From Sphingomonas sp. (lineage in GTDB: Bacteria; Pseudomonadota; Alphaproteobacteria; Sphingomonadales; Sphingomonadaceae): 54,614 nt of DNA. The stretch spans positions 1-54,614 of the forward strand of contig JBJMVJ010000008.1 of the NCBI GenBank assembly GCA_045810685.1, given 5' to 3'. The notes under the pieces were generated by a model. The model did no database searches and was not told where the DNA came from. It saw only the letters and a program-made list of their open reading frames with translations. The first letter of the stretch is position 1; each line of letters starts with the position of its first letter. Below are positions 27,931 through 38,305 of the stretch, piece by piece. Position numbers and translations under genes: made by a program.

Positions 27931-29322
27931 CTACTTCTTGGGAGGAGCAATATAGGGATGGAACGCACCACCCGGTACCGTCGAGGCGACCGGGCTCTCG
28001 AACCCGTCCTTGCTCACCGACGACACGCCGAACACCCAATCGTCGACGCGAATGTGGGGGAGGACAATCCGGCAAACCGTTGCGTCGGTGGTAGAGCATA
28101 AGGTGACGAAGGTATCGCTGCTCAATTGGCGTCGCACCGCGACATTCCTGCTCAGTTCCCATTGACTGGCGTCTGTCCGGCGCCATCGGACATTGTAGGC
28201 CGTCGCGCCCGCGACAGGATTCCAGGTCAAAGTCGTATCCGTGCTCACCGCTCCCTCGGCCTTCCCCTCGGGCGGCGGCGGGGCGCTGGCGATCGCAGCG
28301 AGCGCCGCGACGTTCAGCTTCGCGACCTTCGCCAGGTACGGAAAATCCATATGGTCGATGGTGTCGCCATACTGGACCCCCTTCTCGACCCGCACATCCT
28401 GGTGCTGCCAGTTGTAATTCTCGACCGCGACACTGAACCGCACCGCCGGGAAGCCGAGGTTCAGGAATTCGGTATGGTCGCCGCCGCGCCCGAAGCGGTC
28501 GTTCCGCCAGATCTGCCGCACATCGAGTCCGATGCTGAGCCGGTCGGCGAGGCTGTCGAGGAAGCGCGAGATGTTGCGCGACGGCGCGTCATTCTCGCCG
28601 CCGAGGCTGCGCTGCGCGGCCGCGAGCGCGTCGTGGCCTTGCCAGCGCGGGCCTTCCGAGAACACCCGCACGTGCGTGCTGTCGCACACCCCGTCCGATC
28701 CGCAGCTATTGCCGATGATGTCGTTGTTCAGATTGGCGGTGACATTCCAGCCCTGCGCCTTGGCGTAGGCCGCGATCACCTTGGCCCCGTAGAGCCCCTG
28801 CTCTTCCCCGGAATCTAGCGAATAAACGATCGTTCCGGGGAACTTGTGCCTCGACAGGACCCGCGCGGCTTCGAGCACCGCCGCCGAACCGGAGCCGTCG
28901 TCGTTCGCACCCGGTTGGAACGCATTGGCGTTGAGGATGTCGGTCACGCGGCTGTCGATGTGGCCGGTGATGATCACCACATCGTTGGGCCGCTCGGTGC
29001 CGCGCTGGATCGCGACGGCGTCGCAGATCCGCGTCGGGGTCGGCACGCGCTCGCCCTGGAATGTGTCGCACGGGCGCACCGTCTCAAGGCCCAAGCTCCT
29101 GAACTGGCTCTCGCCCCAGTTGAGCGCCGCGCCGATGCCGCGGTTGGGATCAGTCTGCGAAGACAAGGTATGCCTTGTGCCGAAGCTCACCAGCTTTTCG
29201 ACCGTCGCCTTCATCCGCGCGGCGCTGACCGGCGCGACGATCGCGCGGAGCCTCGCATCCGGAGAAGGAGGCGGCGCGGCGCCGATCAGGGCCAAACTGC
29301 TGAGGGCGATCATTTTACGCAT
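27931..29322 (-). CDS. Secreted M28 family metallopeptidase with C-terminal FN3-like domain
   Basis: Signal peptide; GHIDS, GANDDGSG, GEEQGL, NNDIIG, GDH and WQH zinc-ligand motifs. Confidence 0.9.
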   Translation of the reverse strand: MRKMIALSSLALIGAAPPPSPDARLRAIVAPVSAARMKATVEKLVSFGTRHTLSSQTDPNRGIGAALNWGESQFRSLGLETVRPCDTFQGERVPTPTRICDAVAIQRGTERPNDVVIITGHIDSRVTDILNANAFQPGANDDGSGSAAVLEAARVLSRHKFPGTIVYSLDSGEEQGLYGAKVIAAYAKAQGWNVTANLNNDIIGNSCGSDGVCDSTHVRVFSEGPRWQGHDALAAAQRSLGGENDAPSRNISRFLDSLADRLSIGLDVRQIWRNDRFGRGGDHTEFLNLGFPAVRFSVAVENYNWQHQDVRVEKGVQYGDTIDHMDFPYLAKVAKLNVAALAAIASAPPPPEGKAEGAVSTDTTLTWNPVAGATAYNVRWRRTDASQWELSRNVAVRRQLSSDTFVTLCSTTDATVCRIVLPHIRVDDWVFGVSSVSKDGFESPVASTVPGGAFHPYIAPPKK

Positions 29323-29421
29323 GGCGACTCTCGCTTTCCTCGCTGCCCGGCAACTGGCATTTCGGCTTCCCCGGGTCTAGTGGCGCGCCAACCCCACAAG
29401 ACTCGACGAGGACGCGTAACC

Positions 29422-30921
29422 ATGCTTCGCAGCATCGACCATTTCATCGGTGGCTCCAGCTTCGCTTCGGGCGAGCGTCAGGGCGATGTGTTCGACCCCA
29501 ATCAGGGCCAGGTGCAGGCGCAGGTCCGGCTCGGCACCGCCACTGACCTGCAAAAAGCCGTGGATGCAGCCAAAGCCGCGCAGCCGGCCTGGGCAGCGAC
29601 CAACCCGCAGCGCCGCGCGCGTGTGATGTTCAAGTTCAAGGAGCTGGTCGAGCAGAACATGGACGCGCTCGCCCACTTGCTGTCGAGCGAGCACGGCAAG
29701 GTCATCGGCGACTCCAAGGGCGACGTTCAGCGCGGCCTCGAGGTCATCGAATATTGTTGCGGCATCCCGCAGGCGCTGAAGGGCGAATATACCGTTGGCG
29801 CCGGCCCCGACATCGACGTCTACTCGATGCGCCAGCCGCTCGGCATCGGCGCCGGAATCACTCCGTTCAACTTCCCCGCCATGATCCCGATGTGGATGTT
29901 CGGAATGGCCATAGCCTGCGGCAACGCCTTCGTGCTGAAGCCCTCCGAGCGCGATCCCAGCGTTCCCGTCCGGCTCGCCGAATTGATGAAGGAAGCCGGT
30001 CTTCCCGACGGCATCCTAAACGTCGTCCACGGCGACAAGGAAATGGTCGATGCGATCCTCGACCATCCTGATATCGCGGCGATCAGCTTCGTCGGCAGCA
30101 GCGACATCGCTCAATATATCTACGCCCGCGGAACCGCCCACAACAAGCGCGTCCAGGCGTTCGGCGGCGCCAAGAACCACGGCATCGTCATGCCCGACGC
30201 CGACCTCGACCAGGTGGTGGGCGACCTTGCCGGCGCCGCGTTCGGTTCGGCCGGCGAGCGCTGCATGGCCCTTCCGGTAGTAGTGCCGGTCGGCGAGGAA
30301 ACCGCCGATGCCCTTCGTGCCAAGCTCATTCCCGCGATCGAGTCTTTGCGCGTGGGGGTGTCGACCGACGCCGACGCCCATTATGGGCCGGTCGTCAGCA
30401 ACGCCCACAAGGAACGGATCGAGAGTTACATCAAGATGGGCATCGACGAGGGCGCCGAGCTGGTCGTCGACGGACGCGGCTTCAGCCTCCAGGGGCACGA
30501 GCAGGGCTTCTTCATCGGGCCGACCTTCTTCGACCACGTCAAGCCGAGCATGAAAAGCTATCAGGACGAGATCTTCGGGCCCGTCCTGCAGATGGTCCGG
30601 GCGCGGGATTTCGAGGAAGCGGTTCGCCTCCCCTCCGAACATGCCTACGGCAACGGCGTCGCCATTTTCACGAGGAATGGCCACGCTGCGCGAGAATTCA
30701 CTGCCCGCGTCAACGTCGGGATGGTCGGCATCAATGTGCCAATCCCGGTGCCGGTCTCCTACCACAGCTTCGGCGGCTGGAAGCGCTCGGGCTTCGGTGA
30801 CATCGGCCAGTACGGGATGGAAGGGCTGCGCTTCTGGACCAAGAACAAGGTCGTCACTCAGCGCTGGCCCGACGGCGGTCCGCACGGCGAGAATGCGTTC
30901 AACATTCCCACGATGGGATGA
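29422..30921 (+). CDS. mmsA: CoA-acylating methylmalonate-semialdehyde dehydrogenase
   Basis: ITPFNFPAMIPMW, GGAKNH, AFGSAGERCMA and GINVPIPVP motifs; valine-catabolism context. Confidence 0.95.
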   Translation: MLRSIDHFIGGSSFASGERQGDVFDPNQGQVQAQVRLGTATDLQKAVDAAKAAQPAWAATNPQRRARVMFKFKELVEQNMDALAHLLSSEHGKVIGDSKGDVQRGLEVIEYCCGIPQALKGEYTVGAGPDIDVYSMRQPLGIGAGITPFNFPAMIPMWMFGMAIACGNAFVLKPSERDPSVPVRLAELMKEAGLPDGILNVVHGDKEMVDAILDHPDIAAISFVGSSDIAQYIYARGTAHNKRVQAFGGAKNHGIVMPDADLDQVVGDLAGAAFGSAGERCMALPVVVPVGEETADALRAKLIPAIESLRVGVSTDADAHYGPVVSNAHKERIESYIKMGIDEGAELVVDGRGFSLQGHEQGFFIGPTFFDHVKPSMKSYQDEIFGPVLQMVRARDFEEAVRLPSEHAYGNGVAIFTRNGHAAREFTARVNVGMVGINVPIPVPVSYHSFGGWKRSGFGDIGQYGMEGLRFWTKNKVVTQRWPDGGPHGENAFNIPTMG

Positions 30922-30996
30922 ACCGCCTTCCCCGTGCGTTCGGCGCGGATACGGCCGTTTCCTCACGCGTTTCGTCGGCGTTACGATGAGGAAGCC

Positions 30997-31236
30997 ATGC
31001 GCGCTGCATCCAAGCTGCTGATCATGACCGCCTCGCTGGCCGCTTGCCACAAGGCGCAGTCACCGGTGCAGAACAATCAAGACATGTCGGTCGAGAGCAA
31101 TCTCGCGGCCGGCCAGTTCCCGCCGAACGCCGAGATCGAGACGCTGCCGCCCGACGAAAGCAGCGAGACCTCGAGCGGCGAGCTTGCCAAAGGCGATGAC
31201 AATCCCGACGTGAACGACGTCAGCAACAGCCACTGA
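30997..31236 (+). CDS. Small acidic lipoprotein of unknown function
   Basis: Lipobox LAAC; Asn/Asp/Ser-rich low-complexity body; GAGGA upstream. Confidence 0.65.
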   Translation: MRAASKLLIMTASLAACHKAQSPVQNNQDMSVESNLAAGQFPPNAEIETLPPDESSETSSGELAKGDDNPDVNDVSNSH

Positions 31237-31252
31237 TCCGAAGGACCCGCCC

Positions 31253-31876
31253 ATGAAGCTCTATTATTCGCCCGGTGCGTGCAGCCAGGCGCCGCACATC
31301 CTGATGCATGAGACCGGCATGAATCACGATGCCGTGCGGGTCGATCTCAAGACCAAGACGCTCCAGGACGGCAGCGATTATCTCAAGATCAATCCGAAGG
31401 GCGCCGTCCCCGCGCTGGAGCTGGACAGCGGCGAGGTGCTGACCGAGAATGCCGTCATCCTCCAATATCTCGGAGACCGCACCAGCTGGCCCGAGGTGCT
31501 CCCGCCGATGGGTGACTTCCGCCGCTACCACGTGCTCGAGATGGTCAATTTCATCACCACCGAGCTGCACAAGCGCTTCGGTTTCCTGTTCAACCCGAAT
31601 GCGACGGACGAGATGAAGCAGGTTGTGATCGCCGACCTGTCGAAGAAGCTCGACTATATCGACCAAAAGCTCGGCGACGGACCGTTCCTGTTCGGCGGCG
31701 AACTCACTCTGCCCGACACGTATCTGTTCGTAATCGTGCGGTGGGCCGACAAGATGCTCGGCGGGCTCGACAAGTGGCCCCACCTTCGTGCTTTCTACGA
31801 ATGCATGCTGGAGCGGGACTCCGTCAGGAACGTGCTGAAATTCGAGGGATTGCTGCAGGAAGAACCCGCGGCTTAA
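31253..31876 (+). CDS. gstA: Glutathione S-transferase, beta class
   Basis: MKLYYSPGACS, INPKGAVPAL, LTEN and TELHK motifs. Confidence 0.92.
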   Translation: MKLYYSPGACSQAPHILMHETGMNHDAVRVDLKTKTLQDGSDYLKINPKGAVPALELDSGEVLTENAVILQYLGDRTSWPEVLPPMGDFRRYHVLEMVNFITTELHKRFGFLFNPNATDEMKQVVIADLSKKLDYIDQKLGDGPFLFGGELTLPDTYLFVIVRWADKMLGGLDKWPHLRAFYECMLERDSVRNVLKFEGLLQEEPAA

Positions 31877-31923
31877 CCGTCGATCTTGCTGACTGGCGGC
31901 GCGCCCCCTAATGCCCGCCGCCA

Positions 31924-33066
31924 ATGACGCAGTTCGACCTCACCGACGACCAGCTTCAGATCCAGGAGATGGCGGCCAAGTTTACCGCCGACGCGATCAC
32001 GCCGTTCGCAGCGGAGTGGGACGAGAAATACATCTTCCCCCGCGATACGATCCGGGAAGCGGCCGAACTCGGGTTCGGCGCGATCTATGTCAGCGAAGAA
32101 AGCGGCGGGATCGGGCTCGGGCGGCTCGAGGCGGCGCTGATCATGGAGGCGATGGCCTACGGCTGCCCCTCGACCAGCGCCTTCATCTCGATCCACAACA
32201 TGGCAGCATGGATGATTGACCGCTTCGGTTCGGCCGAAGTGAAGCACAAGTACCTGCCGTCGATGATCAATATGGAGCGGATCGGCAGCTATTGCCTGAC
32301 CGAGCCCTCGTCCGGCTCCGATGCCGCGGCGCTCAAGACCCGCGCCGTGCGCGACGGCGACCATTATGTCGTCTCCGGCTCCAAGGCGTTCATCTCCGGC
32401 GGCGGCGAGAACGAAATCTACTTGACCATGGCCCGTACCGGTGAGGACGGCCCCAAGGGCATTACCGCGCTGGTGATCGAAAAGGACATGCCGGGCGTCA
32501 GCTTCGGGGCGCAGGAAAAGAAGCTCGGTTGGCATTCGCAGCCCACGGCGCAGGTCAATTTCGACGAGGTCCGAGTCCCCGTCGAAAATCGCGTCGGCGC
32601 CGAAGGCGAAGGTTTCCGCATTGCGATGATGGGCCTCGACGGCGGCCGCATCAACATCGGCGCCTGCTCGCTCGGCGGTGCCCAGCGTTGCCTCGACGAA
32701 GCGATCGCCTACACCAAGGAGCGCAAGCAGTTTGGCCAGCCGATCGCCGATTTCCAGGCGACCCAGTTCACGCTGGCCGACATGGAGACCGAGGTCCAGG
32801 CTGCGCGGTACCTGCTCTATGTGGCGGCGGCCAAGGTGACCGCCAATGCGCCCGACAAGACGAAGTTCGCGGCCATGGCCAAGCGCCTCGCGACCGACAC
32901 CGGCTCTTCGGTGGTGGACCGCGCGCTCCAGCTCCACGGCGGCTACGGCTACCTACGCGACTATCCGATCGAGCGCTTCTGGCGCGACCTTCGAGTCCAT
33001 TCGATCCTCGAGGGCACAAACCAGATCATGCGCGTCATCGTCAGCCGCGACTTGCTCAGACAATAA
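31924..33066 (+). CDS. Acyl-CoA dehydrogenase, likely isobutyryl-CoA dehydrogenase
   Basis: YCLTEPSSGSDA, GSKAFISG, QLHGGYGY and ILEGTNQIMR motifs; located among mms genes. Confidence 0.92.
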   Translation: MTQFDLTDDQLQIQEMAAKFTADAITPFAAEWDEKYIFPRDTIREAAELGFGAIYVSEESGGIGLGRLEAALIMEAMAYGCPSTSAFISIHNMAAWMIDRFGSAEVKHKYLPSMINMERIGSYCLTEPSSGSDAAALKTRAVRDGDHYVVSGSKAFISGGGENEIYLTMARTGEDGPKGITALVIEKDMPGVSFGAQEKKLGWHSQPTAQVNFDEVRVPVENRVGAEGEGFRIAMMGLDGGRINIGACSLGGAQRCLDEAIAYTKERKQFGQPIADFQATQFTLADMETEVQAARYLLYVAAAKVTANAPDKTKFAAMAKRLATDTGSSVVDRALQLHGGYGYLRDYPIERFWRDLRVHSILEGTNQIMRVIVSRDLLRQ

Positions 33067-34124
33067 TGACCGACGACGTCCTGATCTCGACCCAGGACCG
33101 GGTCGGCCGCATCCGCCTCAACCGGCCCAAGGCGATCCACGCGCTGACGACGTCAATGTGCGAGGTGATGAGCGAGGCCCTGCTTCGCTGGATGCACGAC
33201 GACAGCGTCGAAGCGGTGGTGATTGATCACGCCGAGGGCCGCGGCTTCTGCGCCGGCGGCGACGTGGTGATGATTGCGCGCAGCGGCAGCAAGGATGCGG
33301 CCGACGCCAAGCGCTTCTTCTTCGCCGAATACCGGCTCAATCATTTGCTGTTCACCTACCCCAAGCCGACGGTCGCGATCATGGACGGGATCACGATGGG
33401 CGGCGGCGTCGGCATCTCGCTGCCGTGTGATTATCGGATCGCGACCGAGAACACGCGTTTGGCCATGCCCGAGACAAGCATCGGCCTGTTCCCCGACGTC
33501 GGCGGCGGCTGGTATTTGCCGCGCCTGCCGGGCCGCGTCGGCGAGTTCATGGCATTGACGGGGGCGAGGCTCGACGGGGCCGAATGCCATTACCTCGGCC
33601 TCGCCACCCATTACGTCGAACAAGCTTCGCTGCCCGATATGATCGACCGCATCGCCACCACTCCGCAGCGGGTCCAGGGGCCGATCGGCGCCTTCGCGGC
33701 CAAAGCTCCCGAGGCGAAGATCGAGACGAACCTGCCGCAGATCACCAAGTTGTTCGCGTCCGACCGTCTCGAGGAAATCCTCGCCGCGCTCGAAGCCGAC
33801 GAAAGCGACTGGGCGCTGACCGAGCTCGGCACATTGCGCAACAAGAGCCCGCTGTCGTGCAAGGTGTCGCTGCGGCTGATGGCCCAAGGTGCGCAGCGGA
33901 CCAGCTTCGGCGACGAAATGAAGGCCGAATATGCGCTCGCCGGGCGGGTCGCGCGCACTCACGACTTCCGCGAAGGCGTGCGCGCTGTGCTCATCGACAA
34001 GACCGGCGATCCGCAGTGGAACCCTGCGGCGCCCGAGGAAGTGACCGACGAAATGCTCGACGTCCTCTTCGCCCCACTGCCCGAGCACGAAGCCTGGACG
34101 CCGTTCCCAGAGGCCCAAGAATGA
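33066..34124 (+). CDS. 3-hydroxyisobutyryl-CoA hydrolase (crotonase family)
   Basis: [36 protein letters not shown] and [13 protein letters not shown]; TAATG coupling. Confidence 0.9.
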   Translation: MTDDVLISTQDRVGRIRLNRPKAIHALTTSMCEVMSEALLRWMHDDSVEAVVIDHAEGRGFCAGGDVVMIARSGSKDAADAKRFFFAEYRLNHLLFTYPKPTVAIMDGITMGGGVGISLPCDYRIATENTRLAMPETSIGLFPDVGGGWYLPRLPGRVGEFMALTGARLDGAECHYLGLATHYVEQASLPDMIDRIATTPQRVQGPIGAFAAKAPEAKIETNLPQITKLFASDRLEEILAALEADESDWALTELGTLRNKSPLSCKVSLRLMAQGAQRTSFGDEMKAEYALAGRVARTHDFREGVRAVLIDKTGDPQWNPAAPEEVTDEMLDVLFAPLPEHEAWTPFPEAQE

Positions 34125-34897
34125 ACGACTACAGCACTATCCTGGTCGAGACGCGCGGGGCGGTAACGCTCGTCACCTTGAACCGCCCTCAGGCCCTGAA
34201 CGCGCTCAACAGCGAGGTGCTGAGGGATCTCATCGATGCTTTCGGCAAATATGATGCCGACCCGGCGCAGCGCTGCCTGGTTCTCACCGGCTCGGACAAA
34301 GCATTCGCCGCCGGCGCCGACATCAAGGAAATGTCGAGCCAGGGCTTCGCCGACATGTATTCGTCCAATTTCTTCGCCGGCTGGGAAAAGGTCACCGCGA
34401 CACGCAAGCCATGGCTGGCCGCGGTCGCCGGCTATGCGCTCGGCGGCGGCTGCGAAGTCGCGATGATGGCCGACTTCATCATCGCCGCGGACAGCGCGAA
34501 ATTCGGCCAGCCGGAGATCAAGCTCGGAGTCACCCCGGGGATGGGGGGATCGCAGCGCCTCGCCCACGCAGTCGGGAAGGCCAAGGCGATGGAAATGTGC
34601 CTGACCGGCCGGATGATGGACGCCGCCGAAGCCGAGCGCTCGGGCCTTGTCGCGAGGGTGGTCCCCGCCGCCGGGCTGCTCGACGAAGCGCTCAAGATCG
34701 CCGAGACCATAGCGGCAATGGCGCCGCTCGCGGCCATCGCCGTCAAGGAGATGGTCAACACCGCGTTCGAAATCCCGCTTGCCCAAGGGATCCGGTTCGA
34801 GCGCCGGCTGTTCCACGGCCTGTTCGGCACCGAGGACCAGAAGGAAGGCATGACGGCCTTTGTCGAGAAGCGGCCAGGGAATTGGAAGGGACGCTGA
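34121..34897 (+). CDS. Enoyl-CoA hydratase
   Basis: [28 protein letters not shown] and FGQPEIKLG motifs. Confidence 0.95.
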   Translation: MNDYSTILVETRGAVTLVTLNRPQALNALNSEVLRDLIDAFGKYDADPAQRCLVLTGSDKAFAAGADIKEMSSQGFADMYSSNFFAGWEKVTATRKPWLAAVAGYALGGGCEVAMMADFIIAADSAKFGQPEIKLGVTPGMGGSQRLAHAVGKAKAMEMCLTGRMMDAAEAERSGLVARVVPAAGLLDEALKIAETIAAMAPLAAIAVKEMVNTAFEIPLAQGIRFERRLFHGLFGTEDQKEGMTAFVEKRPGNWKGR

Positions 34898-34899
34898 GC

Positions 34900-35802
34900 A
34901 TGGCGCGCATCGCATTCATCGGCCTTGGCCACATGGGCGGCGGAATGGCGCCGAATCTTGCCAAGGCGGGGCACGAGGTCGCTGCGTTCGACCTGGTGCC
35001 GGAGGCGGTTGAAAAAGCTGCATCGCAGGGCTGCTCGGCCGCAAGCTCGGCGGGCGACGCGGTGAAGGGCACGGACGTGGTAATCACCATGCTCCCGGCC
35101 GCGCAGCACGTCCGCGCGGTGTTCGAGAATGACGTCGCCCCCAACGCCAAGCCGGGCACGCTGCTGATCGACTGCTCGACCATCGACGTCGCAAGCGCGC
35201 GCGAAGTCGGCGAAGCGATGCAGGCCCGCGGCCTCGATTTCGTCGACGCGCCAGTCTCCGGCGGAATTGCCGCCGCAGCCGGCGGGACTCTGACGTTCAT
35301 GGTCGGCGGCACCGACGAAGCCTTTGAGCGTGCCCGCCCGTTCCTGGAACCGATGGCGAAGGCGGTGATCCACGCCGGGCAGCTCGGCGCGGGACAGGCG
35401 GCGAAGATCTGCAACAACATGATCCTCGGTGCGACCATGGCCGCAACCTGTGAGGCGTTCGTCCTCGCCCAGAAGCTCGGCCTCGACCTCCAGACGTTCT
35501 TCGACATTTCGTCGAAGGCCTCTGGCCAGAGCTGGTCGATGACTAGCTATGCGCCCGTTCCCGGAGTCGGTCCCGACACGCCGGCCGACCATGATTACGA
35601 GGGCGGCTTCGCTGCCGCGCTGATGCTGAAAGACTTGAAACTCGCCGCTGATGCGGCGCGGAGCGTCGGCGCTTACACGCCGATGGGAGGCGAAGCCGAG
35701 GAGCTCTACCAGCGCTTCGTCGACCGTGGCGGCGGCCACAAGGATTTTTCCGGCATCATCAAGATGATCGACGACAGCTGGAAAGTCCCTGAACAGCAAT
35801 AG
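34900..35802 (+). CDS. mmsB: 3-hydroxyisobutyrate dehydrogenase
   Basis: FIGLGHMG, DAPVSGG, LTFMVGG, AKICNN and LMLKDL motifs. Confidence 0.95.
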   Translation: MARIAFIGLGHMGGGMAPNLAKAGHEVAAFDLVPEAVEKAASQGCSAASSAGDAVKGTDVVITMLPAAQHVRAVFENDVAPNAKPGTLLIDCSTIDVASAREVGEAMQARGLDFVDAPVSGGIAAAAGGTLTFMVGGTDEAFERARPFLEPMAKAVIHAGQLGAGQAAKICNNMILGATMAATCEAFVLAQKLGLDLQTFFDISSKASGQSWSMTSYAPVPGVGPDTPADHDYEGGFAAALMLKDLKLAADAARSVGAYTPMGGEAEELYQRFVDRGGGHKDFSGIIKMIDDSWKVPEQQ

Positions 35803-35810
35803 GAGAGGTC

Positions 35811-36380
35811 ATGCGCGTTGTTTCGATTGTTGCTGCCGGTGCGTGCCTGCTGTCGGCTTGTGGAGGTCCCCAGACCAGCCAGGCCAACAACGCGCAGGCG
35901 AATATAAGCAACGATGCGGCGCCGCCGCCGACCGCCAATGCTAGCGCAACCGGCAATGCCATGGTCATGCTTGCCGCCGCCCCGAGCACGGAGCAGGCGC
36001 TGAAAATCATGCACGACCGCCACGACGCGATGGAGGGGCTCGGCAAGGCGATGAAGGAGCTGCACCGCGCGTTGGATTCGAGCCCGGCGGACATCAACGC
36101 GATCCGCGCGCAGACGGCAATCATGGCCGCGACTGCGCCGAAGATCCCCACGATGTTCCCCGCCGGGACTGGACCCGACGTCGGCAAGACTCGCGCCAAA
36201 CCCGAAATCTGGCAGCAGCATGAGCTGTTCGTGCGCAAGGCAAGGGACTTCGCTGCCGCGGCTCAGGCGATCGACGCGGCGGCCAAAACGGGCGATGTCA
36301 ACAAGGTCATGGCGCTCCACGAGCGCGTCGACGCGGCATGCAAGGCGTGTCACGATCCGTTCCGCGCGCGCGAACATTGA
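35811..36380 (+). CDS. Cytochrome c' (class II), lipoprotein
   Basis: Lipobox LSAC; FPAGTG...AKPEIW; C-terminal CKACH. Confidence 0.88.
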   Translation: MRVVSIVAAGACLLSACGGPQTSQANNAQANISNDAAPPPTANASATGNAMVMLAAAPSTEQALKIMHDRHDAMEGLGKAMKELHRALDSSPADINAIRAQTAIMAATAPKIPTMFPAGTGPDVGKTRAKPEIWQQHELFVRKARDFAAAAQAIDAAAKTGDVNKVMALHERVDAACKACHDPFRAREH

Positions 36381-36396
36381 TGATGGCGCCGGCGGG

Positions 36397-37044
36397 ATGA
36401 AGCAGCCGGTCTGGGACCTGCCCGTCCGGCTCTTCCACTGGCTGCTCGCCGGGCTGATCGCGTTCAGCTGGTGGTCGGTCCACAACGACCACACCGATTG
36501 GCACATCTGGTCGGGCTGCGCGATCCTGACCTTGCTTATCTTCCGCTTCCTGTGGGGCTTCGTTGGAAGCTCGACGGCGCGCTTCTCGAGCTTCATTCGC
36601 GGTCCGCGGGCCATTCGCGACTATCTACGCGGGCGGTGGACCGGCGTCGGCCATAATCCGCTCGGCGCGCTCAGCGTTGTCGCCTTATTGGGCGCGGTCG
36701 CCGTTCAGGTCGGGCTCGGACTGATCTCCGAGGACGAGGACGGCCTTTACCGAGGCCCGCTCTACCGACTCGTCAGCACCGACACGTCGGACAAGGCGCG
36801 CGACATCCACGAGCTGTGGTTCAACGTCATCCTCGGCCTGATCGTGCTGCACGTCGCAGCCATTATTTTCTATCGCTTCCGGCGCAAGCATTTGACCCGG
36901 CCGATGATCACCGGCCGCGCAGTTCTCGATCCAGGCACCCCGCCGATGCGGCCCGGCAAATGGTGGGTAGCGCTGATCTGCCTCGCCATCGCGATCGGCA
37001 TTGTCCGCTGGATCATCGCCGGGGCGCCGCCGTTCAGTCCTTGA
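36397..37044 (+). CDS. Cytochrome b (b561/hydrogenase-type) membrane protein
   Basis: VWDLPVRLFHW, GHNPLG and His ligands in TM helices; adjacent to cytochrome c'. Confidence 0.88.
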   Translation: MKQPVWDLPVRLFHWLLAGLIAFSWWSVHNDHTDWHIWSGCAILTLLIFRFLWGFVGSSTARFSSFIRGPRAIRDYLRGRWTGVGHNPLGALSVVALLGAVAVQVGLGLISEDEDGLYRGPLYRLVSTDTSDKARDIHELWFNVILGLIVLHVAAIIFYRFRRKHLTRPMITGRAVLDPGTPPMRPGKWWVALICLAIAIGIVRWIIAGAPPFSP

Positions 37045-37070
37045 TAGATACCCTCCAGCAGCCCACATCT
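37040..37070 (+). promoter_or_regulatory. Candidate RpoH/sigma70-type promoter for the nifU-family gene, probably leaderless
   Basis: CTTGATA, 17 nt, then CACATC ending 6 nt before ATG 37076. Confidence 0.45.
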
Positions 37071-37075
37071 GCACC

Positions 37076-37645
37076 ATGCTAATCCGCACCGAACAGACGC
37101 CCAATCCTGCGACCCGCAAGTTCCTTCCAGGCCAGACGGTTATGGACGCGGGGACGCGCGACTTCGCCGATGCGGAGAGCGCCGAGGCCTCGCCGCTCGC
37201 CCGTGCCCTGTTCGACAGCGGGATGGTGGAAGGCGTGTTCTACGGCCGCGACTTCGTTTCGGTTACCGCGGCGCCGGGGGTCTCGTGGAACGACCTCGAA
37301 CCCTTGGTTCTCGAAACCCTTCTCGACCATTTCGTCAGCGCCGCGCCTCTGTTCGCACCCGGGACGGCCGGGGCAATCAACGTCGCCGACAATGACTTCG
37401 AGGAAGATCCCGCCGACGCCGACATCATCGACCAGATCAAGGAGTTGATCGAGACTCGCGTCCGCCCGGCGGTCGCGCAGGACGGCGGCGACATCGCCTA
37501 CAAGGGCTATCGCGGCGGCCACCTTTATCTGACGATGCACGGCGCCTGCTCGGGCTGCCCTTCGTCGACCGTGACCTTGAAGCGGGGCATCGAAAGCCTG
37601 ATCCGCCATTACGTTCCGGAAGTCGAAACCGTCGAAGCGGTTTAG
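37076..37645 (+). CDS. NifU/Nfu family Fe-S carrier
   Basis: TEQTPNP N-terminal domain; VRPAVAQDGGD; GACSGCPSS. Confidence 0.93.
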   Translation: MLIRTEQTPNPATRKFLPGQTVMDAGTRDFADAESAEASPLARALFDSGMVEGVFYGRDFVSVTAAPGVSWNDLEPLVLETLLDHFVSAAPLFAPGTAGAINVADNDFEEDPADADIIDQIKELIETRVRPAVAQDGGDIAYKGYRGGHLYLTMHGACSGCPSSTVTLKRGIESLIRHYVPEVETVEAV

Positions 37646-37690
37646 CTTCGGGGGTTGCGGCCAGGAGCCGCTTGTGACCATCATCCACTC

Positions 37691-38305
37691 ATGATCCTGG
37701 CCTTCGACACGTCGAGCGCCGCTTGCACCGTCGCTTTGTTCGACGGCAATGGCGCCTGCCTCGCCCGCCGGGACGAACGGATCGGCCGCGGCCATGCCGA
37801 GCGGCTGGTGCCGATGATTGCCGAGCTGATGGACGGCCGTCGCGCCTCTCGGATTCTCGTCGGCGTCGGCCCGGGAAGCTTTACCGGCATCCGAGTCGCA
37901 ATCGCCGCGGCGCACGGCCTCGCGATCGGCTGGAGCGCCGAGCTTTCCGGAATGTCCTCTCTGGCCTTGCTTGCCGCGGGCGCCGAGGGCGCGACCGCCG
38001 AGATCGCCGCCGCGGTCCTCGGTGGCCACGGCGAGCTGTTCGTCCAGGAATTCGACGCCGCGACGCTCCAGCCGACCTCGGAGCTGCGCAACCTTGATCC
38101 CGTGGAGGCTGCGCGCCTCACTAGAGCCGAGCGGGTCGTCGGCTCGGCCGCCACGCAGCTGGTCGAGGCACGCGGCTGGGGCGAGGCGATCGAGCTCTAT
38201 CCATCGGCCGCCGACGCCCTTCGCCTGCCTGACGAGCTGCGTTCGCTTGGTCCAAACCCCGTCTATGCGCGGTTGCCCGATGCACGGGTGCCGGAGGCTG
38301 CGTGA
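37691..38305 (+). CDS. tsaB: tRNA t6A biosynthesis protein TsaB
   Basis: LAFDTS, GHAERL and GPGSFTGIR motifs. Confidence 0.92.
   Translation: MILAFDTSSAACTVALFDGNGACLARRDERIGRGHAERLVPMIAELMDGRRASRILVGVGPGSFTGIRVAIAAAHGLAIGWSAELSGMSSLALLAAGAEGATAEIAAAVLGGHGELFVQEFDAATLQPTSELRNLDPVEAARLTRAERVVGSAATQLVEARGWGEAIELYPSAADALRLPDELRSLGPNPVYARLPDARVPEAA

Noticed and set aside
27851-28186. Small ORFs running through repeats (also 21535-21813, 44411-44851, 44732-45052)
   Set aside because: Translations of the palindromic element and of neighbouring genes in other frames
28846-29421. ORF-track N-terminal extensions of MmsA (similarly the binding protein, hydratases, MmsB, TrmB and sorbosone dehydrogenase)
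   Set aside because: They overlap adjacent real genes; downstream starts match family N-termini and stop/start coupling
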